This document shows, in pieces, positions 25,440-36,867 of a stretch of 64,000 bases of DNA; position 1 is the stretch's first letter, and each line of letters starts with the position of its first letter. A model generated the notes under the pieces. That model saw only the letters and a list, made by a program, of their open reading frames with translations. It searched no databases and was not told where the DNA came from. Position numbers and translations under genes: made by a program. Origin of the DNA: Octopus vulgaris (taxonomy: Eukaryota); the NCBI GenBank assembly GCA_951406725.2, contig OX597825.1:61194001-61258000 (forward strand), in the 5' to 3' direction.

Positions 25440-26210
25440 ATTCTTCTTTTATTATTCTGTCTTCTATCTGTCAGGAATGAAACAGCATCATGGTAATGCT
25501 GAACAAATGAATGGAAATGATATAGAGCAGTGAAAACTCCTTGGTTTTTCTGGGGGAAGAAGAACATTTCTCTAGTCCTTGTATCCAAATAAAATGCTCC
25601 CACCTTTTAACCCTTTTGTTACCGTATTTATTTTGAGGTGCTCTGTGTTTCTTTCAATTAATTTTAAATATAACAAATAATTTAGTAAAATAGCTTAGTT
25701 ATCTGTTTCTTTATTGCCCACAAGGGGCTAAACATAGAGGGGACAAACAAAGACAGACAAACAGATTAAGTCGATTACATCGATCCCAGTGCGTAACTGG
25801 TACTTAATTTATCGACCCCGAAAGGATGAAAGCAAAGTCAACCTCAGCAGAATTTGAACTCAAATTTCGCCCGGTGTGCTAACAGTTCAGCCAGCTTGCC
25901 ACCCTAAAATAGCTTAGTTATCATTAAGTTAGTGTTAGAAACATAGATTGTGACTAATGTTTGGTGGAAGATTTTAATTCAAAATCTATGAAAACAAGGC
26001 ATTTGTATTAGAGGTCCAGAGGTGGTTTCAGCTGGGTTGGTATCAAAAGGGTTAAAGTGGTTACCAAAGGAATGGAGACAATGAATAACAGAAACACTAC
26101 CTAAGTTTTACTGGAGACAAAGTAAACTTCCATGTGTTGGTACTTTGATAAAATTCTTCAGTAAAGTGATTGTTGAATGACTGGGAAGAATAGATAGGAG
26201 ACATGACTCT
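25440..26210 (-). pseudogene. Penelope-like RT relic interrupted by a MITE
   Basis: removing the MITE gives FKRWEHFIWIQGLEK (cf. WKRYIDDIFFIWTHG), with AVSFL downstream and NNHFTEEFYQ upstream. Confidence 0.5.
25611..26051. mobile_element. piggyBac-type MITE (TTAA TSD) with a nested SINE B
   Basis: TTAA|cccttttgttacc ... ggtatcaaaaggg|TTAA; SINE B 25704-25904 flanked by 18-bp TSD taaaatagcttagttatc; uninterrupted copy at 44419-44638. Confidence 0.9.
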
Positions 26211-26484
26211 TTAGTCTGACTCAAGAAATGATAACTTCTCTAGGGCTGGTACCACAGTAAAAAGTACCCAGGTCACATTGTAAAGTAGTTGGCAGCAAGA
26301 ACAACATTCAGATAAAGAAATCATGGAAAAATGGCATTGTCAAGTGTGACGTAGTGCTCTACACTAATTGGCAGGAAGTAACTTCAAATAAGAATTAAAT
26401 TAATCTGTGAAGAGTTATCAAACTTGTACCATTATAGGAAAACTAGTACAAGTAAAATTGATGTTAATGGTGATGATGATGATG

Positions 26485-26730
26485 ATCATCATCATCATCA
26501 TCATCATCATCGTTTAACGTCCGCTTTCCATGCTAGCATGGGTTGGATGATTTGACTGAGGACTGGCGAATCAGATGGCTGCACCAGGCTCCACTCTTGA
26601 TCTGGCAGAGTTTCTACAGCTAGGTGCCCTTCCTCATGCCAAATGACCTCGGCGGAATTTGAACTCAGAACGTAGTGGCAGACAAAATACCACTAAGTAT
26701 TTCGCTTGGAGTGCTAACATTTCTGCCCAC
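26485..26730 (-). mobile_element. Family D 3' end joined to a SINE B fragment
   Basis: catcatcgtttaacgtccgctttccatgctagcatggg; gacctcggcggaatttgaactcagaacg. Confidence 0.75.
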
Positions 26731-27146
26731 TAAGCCATGTGCCTCCGCCTCACCTTCCTATAACTTAAGGGTATTCCCTGAAACATATTCCCCACCTCAT
26801 TATTTCGTTTCCAACAAGGGTAACCATGTATCTTCCCTACAGCAAGATGCTGGTTCCTGTCCCCCCTATCAGAAATTAACAGCTCATTACCTAGTACAAA
26901 CTCTGCCTCCCTCAATATTCCTCTCTCCTCAGTTCTTGTGAGTTACTTCATAACTTCAGTAGTAGGTGTGCCACGTAAGAAGCCCCCATTAAACTCCGTA
27001 AAGTAGTGGGTGTTAGGAAGGGCACCCAACCATAAAAACCATGCCAAAGCAGAGACTGGAGCTTAGCACAGTCATCTGGCCTGTCAGACTTTATCGAATC
27101 ATCCAACCCAAACCAGTATGGAAAATAGGTACAAAATGATATGATG

Positions 27147-27420
27147 ATATTCTGTTGTCTGGGTAGAGTCATTTTCTTTTTGGGCCTTATAATGTAAGAC
27201 ACTCACCGGTAAAATAGTCAAGACTATTGAAAAGGTTGCAAGACGTAGCGAAAATTTTAGGAAACAATAAAAATAAGAAATAAGTAGAAATTTTATCAGT
27301 GAGTGTGTTACAATATAAGGCACAAAAAGAAAATGACTCTCACCAGACACAACAGAATATGCTTCAACACACGAACTCATATAAAGAACCTTGCAAACCA
27401 AATCCCAAAACGAAAGATAT
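27147..27420. mobile_element. Penelope-like element with inverted arms (27147-27215 / 27290-27360)
   Basis: arms are reverse complements; loop carries an HHR-like motif; homologous to 32965-33296 and 149-300. Confidence 0.7.
27224..27260 (+). ncRNA. Hammerhead-like motif with U3-A8 core variant
   Basis: CTA-TTGAAAA-G-GTTGC-AAGAC-GTAGC-GAAA-ATTT-TAG. Confidence 0.45.
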
Positions 27421-27466
27421 GATGATATATATGTTTATATCTATTTATCTATCTATCCATCTATCC

Positions 27467-27516
<50 letters not shown>

Positions 27517-27533
27517 TTATCCATCTATCTATC

Positions 27534-27568
<35 letters not shown>

Positions 27569-28539
27569 ATGTATGTATGTATGTATGTATGTATGTATGC
27601 ATGCATTAATATTGTATAAAATTAAGAATGAAGACCTGGCACTTAAATGCAAAAGGTTATTACTGAATTAAAATCCTCAAGCAGTAAACCTTCTTAGAGA
27701 AAACTTTTATTAGAAAAGGATAAAAAAAAAATCTTTTCTAAATGAACAACCATGTCTTTGTGGTAAAAAAAAAAAGAAGAAGTAGAAATAAAAAATTGCT
27801 TGTAGATTAACAAAAAGTTTCTGTATTCTTTTAAAATGTGTTTATATCTCACCCCGTGACAGAAATAAAAGAAGTTTTTTTGTTTATTTATATCTAAAGG
27901 TACGTTAACATGAAGTTGTTTATCTTTGGCTTGTAAAATGCATTGTAGGAATTTGATGTATATAGGTTTGAATAAAAGGTCACTGACAATTCAAAGAACT
28001 CTTTAAAGGAGAAAATTAAATCTCTGGGGAATAACCATGAACTTTATGTTCAGTAAATAACTAAAATGGTGAATATTTAAAGCTAAAGCATATTTATCAT
28101 ATATTTTTTTTTATTTTATATTTTCACATATTTTTATATTTTATTTTTTCGCATATTTTTATATTTGTAAATTTTCTAAAGAATTTGATTTTGGACATAA
28201 ATGTTGACCTGAGCAATTTGAAGACTACTTTCTTTTTTTTCTTTTTTGAAGAAGTGAAATTATTTTGTCATTGATGTTGCTGCTGAGGTTGGTCAGAGAC
28301 AATAAAAGAAAACTTTAATTGTTTCATAAATCTTGTTTACGCGTTACTTAGAGAGTTTAAATATCAGTGGACCAGTCATTAGGTTCTAAATAACTTTTAA
28401 CTGAATAGAGATTGAGATGTTTTGAACATTAAACTGAAAAAAAAAATATCATTTGAAAATATCTCAAGTATCTTGATTTCACTGAATTTAATAGAAATAT
28501 ATAACTTTATTTTATCTATTTTTTTTTTTGCTTCAACAC

Positions 28540-28794
28540 TGTTTGCCCCTGTTGTGTGAATGCCCCCAGATGATGAAGTAGGCTAGCTCAATACGTAGAT
28601 ACAGGGAGAAAAACCTAGACATCAAGAGAACAGTTGAGTAGTGGTGAGAGTGGAGTTGAGGGTAGTCGAGAAGAGTTGAGTAGAAGGCATCCGAACATGC
28701 GACATAACAGTGGCAACGAGGATTTCGTAGCACACACAGCCACTGTTATTGCGATATAACAGCCCCATCATCCTTTATACAATTATCTGCTACA
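28540..28794. mobile_element. Possible solo LTR
   Basis: GC-richer 255-bp block bounded by TG...CA, imperfect flanking 4-mer acac/atac, internal 11-bp hairpin ataacagtggc/gccactgttat. Confidence 0.35.
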
Positions 28795-29574
28795 ATACTA
28801 AATACACCCAGCTTCAGGCACCCCAGGACTAATAACAGAATCTAACCTCATTTCTTGCAGGATTTCAACAAACTAGGCTATTTAAAGTTATTAAAACCAT
28901 ATTTCTGCTGAAATACATTGAATATGTTTCAACTGGTTTGGAAAATACAGAATTGTTTTAATAACTTCAATCATTATTAATCTTGTTGTTAGAACATAAA
29001 TTAACTTGAAATTTCGTAAAATAGTTCTTATTTAGATTACTTTAAAATGGGAAGTTTACATCATAGAATCAGGGACATCCTCTAGCAGTTTGGTATCAAA
29101 AAAGCTAAGGAGAATCTTATGGATATCTATTGACATAATTCTGTAGTATTTAAGTCTATTCCAGTCAATGTGGCAAGTTTTCTTTAATGAGTAAAAAATA
29201 TAAACTAGAAACCTCAAGAAAAAATGTCATCGAAAAATAGACCTTCATTCCTTCATTTTGGATAAAAGATTCTTAAAGCTCTGGCAAAGCAGCCACAATG
29301 GGAGAATGAAATTGAAGAGCAGTGACAGGAAAAAAACTCTAAAAACAAAGAAAATGAACAGCGAAATATAGTCAAAATGAATAAAAAATATAACGATAAA
29401 AAAAAAATGCTTGCTGATAACAGGACAAGGAGACCAGCTATTCAAGAAGAGGAATCAGATGTATGAAGATCATGTGGACTTCAATATTAAAGAATATGGA
29501 CAGCAAAAAATAGAGAGGATGAATGAGATGCATTAAGGTCATCTAGACTTCAAAAGTAATGAATAAGAGGTAGT

Positions 29575-29880
29575 AGTGGAGGCACATGGCCTAGTGGTTA
29601 AAGCAGCAGACTTGCAGTAGAGGGATTGCAGGTTCGAATCTCAGACCGGGCGATGTGTGTGTTTATGAGCGAAACACCCAAGCTCCATGCGGCTATGACA
29701 GAAGGTAATGGCAAACTTCTGTTGACTCTTTCACCACAACTTTCTCTCACTCTTTTCTCCTGCATCTTGCAGCTCACCTGTTATGGACTGGCGCCCTGTC
29801 CAGGTGGGGAACCTATACACCAAGGAAACCGGGAAGCAGGCCCTTATGAGCCAGGCATGGCTTGAGAAGGAACAAACAAC
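29575..29880 (+). mobile_element. SINE family C, full length, 13-bp TSD
   Basis: ggaggcacatggcctagtggttaaagcagcagacttgcag..ggttcgaatctc; TSD aataagaggtagt at 29562-29574 and 29881-29893. Confidence 0.9.
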
Positions 29881-30144
29881 AATAAGAGGTAGTGCACAGA
29901 ATCAACAAAATAAATCAGATTTACAAAGATCATCAAAGCTTCAAAGACAAAGGGTAAGAAGGGCATAGAATTGGCAAGATAAATCAGATGTATAAAGACC
30001 ACTGAGATCTCAAGAAGAAAGAATAAGAATGGTGCAGAATCAACAAGACGAATCAGATGGGCAATGTTCCAAAAGACTTTCTGATAAAAAGATTAAGGAA
30101 CTCTTAAAATTAGGAAGCACTCATAATGCTTCTAAGAAATTTAT

Positions 30145-30553
30145 ATAGGTGTAGGAGTGGCTGCGTGGCAAGTAGCTTGCTTATGAACCACATGGTTCCA
30201 GGTTCAGTTCCACTGCATAGCACTTTGGGCAAGTATCTTCTACTATAGACTTGGGCTGACGAAAGCCTTGTGAGTGGATTTGGTAGATGGAAGCTGAAAG
30301 AAGCCCATCGTATATATGTATATGTATATATGTATGTGTGTGTATATGTTTGTGCGTCTGTGTTTGTCTGCCCAACATCGCTTGACAACTGATGCTGGTG
30401 TGTTTACATCCCCCGTAACTTAGCGGTTCAGCAAAAGACACCGATAGAATAAGTACTAGGCTTACAAAGAATAAGTCCTGGGGTCGATTTGCTTGACTAA
30501 AGGTGGTGCTCCAGCATGGTCACAGTCACATGACTGAAACAAATAAAAGAGAG
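30145..30553 (+). mobile_element. SINE family A, full length, inserted in the Helitron helicase
   Basis: full head-to-tail match; splits codons RNL|PPK. Confidence 0.9.
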
Positions 30554-30866
30554 TATCCTCCAAAATTGTGCTATGGAACAAGACTTATTGTGAAGAAAAT
30601 TATGCTGTATGTTATAGAAGCTACTACACTCACTAAATATAGAGGAGGTGATAATGTATTCATTCCAAGAATTCTGTTAACATCTACTGATTTACAAACA
30701 CAGTTTTCAGTTAGACTAAGTTTAGCAATATCCATCTACAAATCTCAGGAACAGTCACTATCAGTAATGGTTTGAAACTAGAGGAACTTTGCTTCTCTCA
30801 TGGACAATTGTATGTTGGCTGCTCATTTGTTGAAAGCTCAAAAACCCCCTTTCATTTATACTCCAT

Positions 30867-31153
30867 TGGGATCGTGGTTTCAATTCCCAAACCGGGTGTT
30901 GTGAGTGTTTATTGAGCGAAAACACCTAAAGCTCCACAAGGCTCCAGCAGGATGGGTGGGTGGCGATCCCTGCTGTACTCTTTCGGCACAACTTTCTCTC
31001 ACTCTTTCTTCTATTGGCCTGCTCGCTTACCCAGTGAGGTGGCATCATTTGAAGGCTAAAACAATGTGAAGTACATTGTGACCAGTGATGTGTAGCAACA
31101 TCATAATAGCCTGGTCAGTCACAGTGATCACGGTAATGTATCTCTATGTGTAT

Positions 31154-31192
<39 letters not shown>

Positions 31193-31410
31193 TTTCTGTC
31201 TGTATTTGTCCTCCCCACCATCACCAATGCTTGACAACCGATGGTGGTGTGTGTGTGTGTGTGGTTTGGCAACAAATCCTGAATGAATAAGTTCTAGGCT
31301 TACAAAGAATAAGTCCTTGGGTTGATTTCTTCAATTAAAAAATTCCTTTTATGATGGTGCTCCATCATGACTGCAGTCAAATGACTGAAACAAGTAAAAG
31401 ATCAAAAGAA
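30867..31410 (+). mobile_element. SINE family C variant (30867-31133) followed by a SINE A 3' half
   Basis: gggatcgtggtttcaattccc..gagcgaaaacacctaaagctcc; gcttgacaaccgatgg..gtcaaatgactgaaacaag. Confidence 0.75.
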
Positions 31411-31426
31411 TATATATGTCTCTCTC

Positions 31427-31468
<42 letters not shown>

Positions 31469-31687
31469 AATCTATCTACCTATCTACCTATCTACCTATC
31501 TATAAGCAACAAGGATATCCAGAGGTAATGCAGTACGATCATTTCATGTGACTCCATTTAATTGAACAATGCAATCATTTCATTACATCAATTTGATTTT
31601 AATCACCTTATTTTGAAATTGTATGGATAATACCATACTAAATTCTGGCGTCTCAACTTAAGTACCCTATTCATCTGTATGTATGTA

Positions 31688-31784
<97 letters not shown>

Positions 31785-33007
31785 TTATACATATATATAT
31801 AACTGTAGTGGGAAAGAGAAACTCTTGTTTTTGCAATTAACTATATTCATCTTTCATTTGATTTTAATTTTATGTGTGTATGTGTGTGCATTTACTATTT
31901 ATCATTGAGAGGAACGGTAAATTCTTTGAAAAATATAAAGACAAATGCATAGATATGAAAAGCGATAATCAGCAATAATTATACAATAGACTTTTATGAA
32001 GTTGTATGTCTGTCTAACTTATCTCTTATTTTAAATTATGTTAATTGTAATCAGTGATTTGCATGATGACTTCAGATAAAAGCCAAAAAAAAGGATAAAA
32101 GAATACATTAATTTAGTTAATTTAATGTTTTAATATTCCTCACTTAAAGCACGTCAGCAGACAAGTGAAAAATAAAAAAAACATAAAAGAACTATAGCAA
32201 TATATTAATGAAAGACAATATGGATAATTAATGTTAGTGTTAAGCAAATAGTGCATCGTTAAATAGTTTATTATTGATTATTGTTGTTAATGTGTAAACT
32301 ACTAATTAGCAATCTGAAAAGTCGAATTAAATTGATAGCAATATTATACACCTATTGAGGATAAATTCTCTGACAGGTGGTTGGAATGAAAAGACCATTT
32401 CTTTATAGAATCAATTAATTTTGGAGGATTTTGCTTAGATTTTAACGTGAATCAACTTAAAACTCTAATCAGACAAGAATTTTTCCATTGTACTAGTCAA
32501 TTTTAAATATATATTGAATAAAAGTATCTTTACATTCTATTAGTCTAAAGTGGATTAAATTTACTCTTGTTACAATTTTCTGCATAGGATTTCCTTGTAT
32601 GTCTTCTGTGGTTTTACTTCAAAAATCGTTGTTTCTTTACTCAAAAATATCTTATTATCTAAAAAGAAAAAAAATATGGACACTTTCAAATGTATCTCTT
32701 TTACTCTTTTACTTGTTTCGGTCATTTGACTGTGGTCATGCTGGAGCACCGCCTTTAGTCGAGCAAATCGACCCCAGGACTTATTCATTGTAAGCCTAGT
32801 ACTTATTCTATTGGTCTTTTTTATGGAACCACTAAGTTACGGGGACGTAAACACACCAGCATCAGTTGTCAAGCGATGTTGGGGGGACAAACACAGATAC
32901 ACAAAAATATACACACACACACATACATATATATGTATATATGTATATAAATACGTTTAAATATTTGTTGTGCAAGATTTTTTATGTGAAGTCGTGTGTT
33001 GAAACAG

Positions 33008-33296
33008 ATATTGTTATATTTCGGAATGGTCATATTGCCAGTTTAGCCAATAAAAACACACGCACTATATATTTGGTGTTATTTTGCTTCAGTGATATTT
33101 ATTTTTTACATTAATCTTAAGAAAACAAAGGACCACTGATGCGGTCACAGGAGTGTGACGAAAGAACTTTGGCCGAAATAAGATTAAGATTAATGTAAAA
33201 AATAAATATCACTGACGCAAAATAACACCAAATATATAGTGCGTGTGTTTTTATTGGCTAAACTGGCAATATGACCATTCCGAAATATAACAATAT
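33008..33296. repeat. 113-bp near-perfect inverted repeat with a 63-nt loop
   Basis: arms 33008-33120 and 33184-33296, one mismatch seen. Confidence 0.95.
33129..33174 (+). ncRNA. Hammerhead-like motif (A9 replaced by C) in the palindrome loop
   Basis: CCA-CTGATGC-G-GTCACA-GGAG-TGTGAC-GAAA-GAAC-TT-TGG. Confidence 0.5.
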
Positions 33297-33499
33297 ATAT
33301 AAATATATATATATATATACATATATATAATAGGCTTCTTTCAGTTTCTGTCTACCAATTCCACTCACAAGGCTTTGGTTGGCCCGAGGCTATAGTAGAA
33401 GACATTTGCTCAAGGTGCCACACAGTGGGACTGAACCTGGAACCATGTGGTTGGTAAGCAAGCTACTTACCACATAGCCACTCCTATGCTTAATAGGAT

Positions 33500-34780
33500 T
33501 TTTAAAACACAAAGTCTTCATAGAGCAATTGGTAGAAGATCATGTTGTCAAGGGAAACAGTTGCTGAGAATCAATCACTTAATTTAACCAAAATATCTAA
33601 ATTCAGTATTCAAGGTATAAATGTAAATGACTGTTTTTATTGCAATTAGTTGGTTACCAGCCCTTCAGCTGCCGTATATACCATATTGCACCTGGTTTAG
33701 AAGAAGCAATTTGTAGCATTCACTAACTGCTTAAAGAGTTTGTCCTTCTTATGCTTTCTGTTTCTTTGTTGTAAGAAAAGGAATTTTGTGTTGTGAAGTT
33801 GTGCTTTCTTCATCAATAACTAGATCAATGTTATTGAAGTCTTAAGCAGATTAATAGCATCTAGGTGTCTTTTCATGATGGGGGAGTATGATTTAGTTTG
33901 AACTAAATTAGTTATAGTAAAAGAAATACCGATTTAGAGAAGCAACTAAATAAACATAGTAGTTATTCTGTTTGTAGATGTTTAGCATTACTAAGAATTG
34001 GTTAATCAATGAAGAATTTTATTCTTTCCAAGTTAGGTCACCGAGTATTATCTTCCATTTTGTATCCGTATCTTAAGTAATAAATGGGTGATCAACAGAT
34101 AGGCATTTATCACTGTTCACTGTACATATTGAATCTCTTAGTAATTGAATTAAATTTACCCAAGTTCTTATGGTGCTCCTCAATAGTTTTACCAATGATA
34201 ATAACAACAGTACGAACTCCTTTGATGTCATTGTTGGTAATTATACATCACTCTTTGAAAAGTATTTACGGCATCAGTCATGCCAAAGGTAACTTTGTAG
34301 GATGGAATAAACATCCATCAGGTTGAAATAGTATGAATCAGTGTGAATCGCTTATTGTCTTTCTCTTCGAGTTTACTGTAGAATTTATTTCAGGAAATAG
34401 AAGTGTAAGGAAATGGTTACACATCAAGAAAGTGGCAGTGATTTATCATTTTTTAATAGTTGATAACTAGGTAGTGTTTGCCATTGATTCCCCAGCTATC
34501 ATTTATGCTTGCCATGAAGAGTCTATGGGCTCAATAATAGCATCATCAAGAAACCATTTAATCTGTCTCTAAATAAACATTTCTATCAGTGAAGAAAAGA
34601 GACAAAATCTAGTAGCAATTAGTTTCAGATCATTGTGAAGGTATGAAGAGAGCTTATCAACATAGGAACAAATCAAGTGACAGTATGATTTCTTTTCAGA
34701 ATCTTCTAAGAATACTTGTAGCAAGTCATGTCATTTAAAGAAGTCATATCAGCAGATATACTGAGGAACACAAGTTAAGC
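33500..34780 (-). mobile_element. Decayed Ty3/Gypsy pol (RT and start of integrase)
   Basis: reverse-strand motifs in order: KLIATR, LDDAIIEPIDSSWQA, KHYLVINY..FLDV*PFP, FGMTDAVNTFQRVM, IIIGKTIEEHHKNL; many stops and frameshifts. Confidence 0.8.
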
Positions 34781-34841
34781 AAAAACATTTAAATGTACTG
34801 CCATTCTATATAAATAAATAAATGAATAAATAAATAAATTA

Positions 34842-35074
34842 TTCTTTATTCTTTTACTTGTTTAGTCATTTGACTGTGGCCATGCTGGAGCACTGCCTTT
34901 AGTTGAGCAAATTGACACCAAGACTTATTCTTCATAAGCCTAGTACTAATTCTATTTGTCACTTTTACTGAACTGCTAAGTTACAGGGCTGTAAAAACAC
35001 TGGCATCAGTTGTCGAGTGATGGTGGGGGTATAAACACAGACACACACATACACACAAATATATACATACATAC

Positions 35075-35143
<69 letters not shown>

Positions 35144-35360
35144 TGTGTGTGTGTGTGTGTGTGTATGTGTGTGTATCTTTGTTACTCATACAAATATATA
35201 TATATATATATATATATAAGACAAACTTCTTCCAGTTTCTGTCTACAAAATCCACTCATAAGGCCCGAATCTATAGTAAAAGACACTTGACCAAGGTGCC
35301 ACACAGTGGGACTGAACCTAGAACCATGTCGTTGAGAAGCAAGCTTCTTACCACACAGCA
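34842..35360 (-). mobile_element. SINE family A with expanded (TG)n
   Basis: tail cttttacttgtttagtcatttgactg; head cttcttaccacacagc. Confidence 0.85.
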
Positions 35361-35723
35361 ATGCCAAATATATATATGTGTCTAACTGTGAAAGAGAGCA
35401 GTTAAAATTAAAGTCAGGAATGTTTCAGTGAAGGACAGCCATTTATTTTACATTACATACAAAAGTTATGAAATTCTATATAATAAATTGTGTGAAGAAT
35501 TACATTGATTGTGAATCAGATTACAATGCTTAAAGAAAGGAATAAGTTATAACCTTATGGCATAAAATCGTGAAACTCCCATATGTAATATGAAATCATG
35601 GGTCATTGTCACTGAAACACATGTAACATTAATTTAACTTCTTTTTACTTCTCTTAAAACTATTGTTATTCACATTGTGAAGATCATATCTTAGCTCTTT
35701 GGTGTATATATATATATATATAT

Positions 35724-35933
35724 AGAATGGTTGTATACTGTCAATCTAACAAGAACGTGACAGTAGGGGGTACACCACCGTTGTATAGCCCTAGGAGGCA
35801 TCGAACGCCTCCTGACAGCTTCGACACATTTTTTTCCCTGTGTCCTTATATACATATACGAAGGGGAGACAAACACCCCCGGCCGTCGGAACTGCATCTA
35901 GGGACACCGTGTTTCAGGATCATTGTCCTTCAT
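35724..35933 (-). mobile_element. CpG-rich 210-bp element in (TA)n beginning with a 5'-truncated hammerhead (retrozyme/Penelope-like monomer)
   Basis: reverse strand ..ATGA-AGGA-CAATGA-TCCT-GAAA-CAC-G-GTG-TC at 35903-35933; hairpin aggaggc/gcctcct. Confidence 0.55.
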
Positions 35934-36068
35934 ATATATAAATAGATAGATAGATAGATAGATATACACACACACATTTATATATACACACACACACACA
36001 TATATATACTCACATATATATTTATGTGTATGTGTGTATATATACTCATATATATATACATATATGCT

Positions 36069-36378
36069 GAGAACCCCTTCGGTCATGACTGACCATGGGA
36101 TTGCACCTAGAAAATTACCATCCCAGGCACAAGTCCGGGCAAGGTTGTTTATGGAAGATCAGCAGTCGCCCATGCATACTAGCTTCCCCTCTCCATGTCA
36201 CCAGTGTTATCCAAGAGAAAGGCAAAGGCTGATACAGCTTGGCACCTGTGATGTTGCAATTCATTTCTACAGCTGAGTGAACTGGAGTAACATGAAATAA
36301 AGCAGCCCGGTCCAGGATTCGAACTCACAACCTCATGATTGTAAGCTCGATGCTCTAACCACCGAGCCATGTGCCTTC
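36069..36378 (-). mobile_element. SINE family E variant
   Basis: reverse strand gaaggcacatggctcggtggttagagcatcgagcttac..gagttcgaatcc (box A/B). Confidence 0.85.
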
Positions 36379-36408
36379 ACATATACATATACATATATAT
36401 ATATATAT

Positions 36409-36867
36409 ACCTTCCCTTCTTGGGACACAAAACTCTACTTGTGAAGACGTGATGAGGCAAGTGAGGATCAGAATCGAAATCGATCAATGGAAATCGATCA
36501 ATGGAAATTGCAGATGTGTTACCAGTGCCGGTGGCATGTAAGAGAACTTTCCGTTTCGCGACCGTTGCCAGCACCGCCCCGTTTCGTGTCCGTCGCCAGC
36601 CTCGCCTGGCCCTCGTGCCGGTGGCACATAAAAAGCACCATCCGTTCGTGGCCGTTTGCCAGTTCTGTCTGGCACCAGTGCAGGTGGCACGTAAAAAGCA
36701 CCCACTACACTCACGGAGTGGTTGGCGTTAGGAAGGGCATCCAGCCGTAGAAACACTGCCAGATCTGACTGGGCCTGATGAAGCCTTCTGGCTTCACAGA
36801 CCCCAGTAGAACCGTCCAACCCATGCTAGCATGGAAAACGGACGCTAAACGATGATGATGATGATGA

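Larger units (their letters stand above)
29224..30865 (+). mobile_element. Internally deleted Helitron (RepHel N-terminal repeats fused to PIF1-like helicase C-terminus) with two nested SINEs
   Basis: MSSKNRPS..QWENEIEEQ start; five 69-bp (23-codon) repeats; LKLG-ALIMLLRNL|SINE A|PPKLCYGTRLIVKK..VFIPRI..QFSVRLSLAISIYKSQEQSL..CFSHGQLYVGCS. Confidence 0.85.
32696..33490 (-). mobile_element. SINE family A with a Penelope-like palindrome inserted in its internal microsatellite
   Basis: SINE halves 32696-32950 and 33300-33490 flank the insert 32960-33296. Confidence 0.85.

Noticed and set aside
29575-29650. tRNA gene (also heads at 36300-36378, 47290-47356 and 56720-56792)
   Set aside because: Box A/B are present but acceptor stems do not close and each continues into a SINE body; these are SINE heads.
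30503-30775. ORF as a cellular PIF1 helicase gene
   Set aside because: N-terminus derives from a SINE tail; the rest is a stop-interrupted Helitron fragment without splice structure.
36772-36800. CTGATGA-AGCC/GGCT hairpin as a hammerhead
   Set aside because: GAAA core absent after the stem; part of the family D body.
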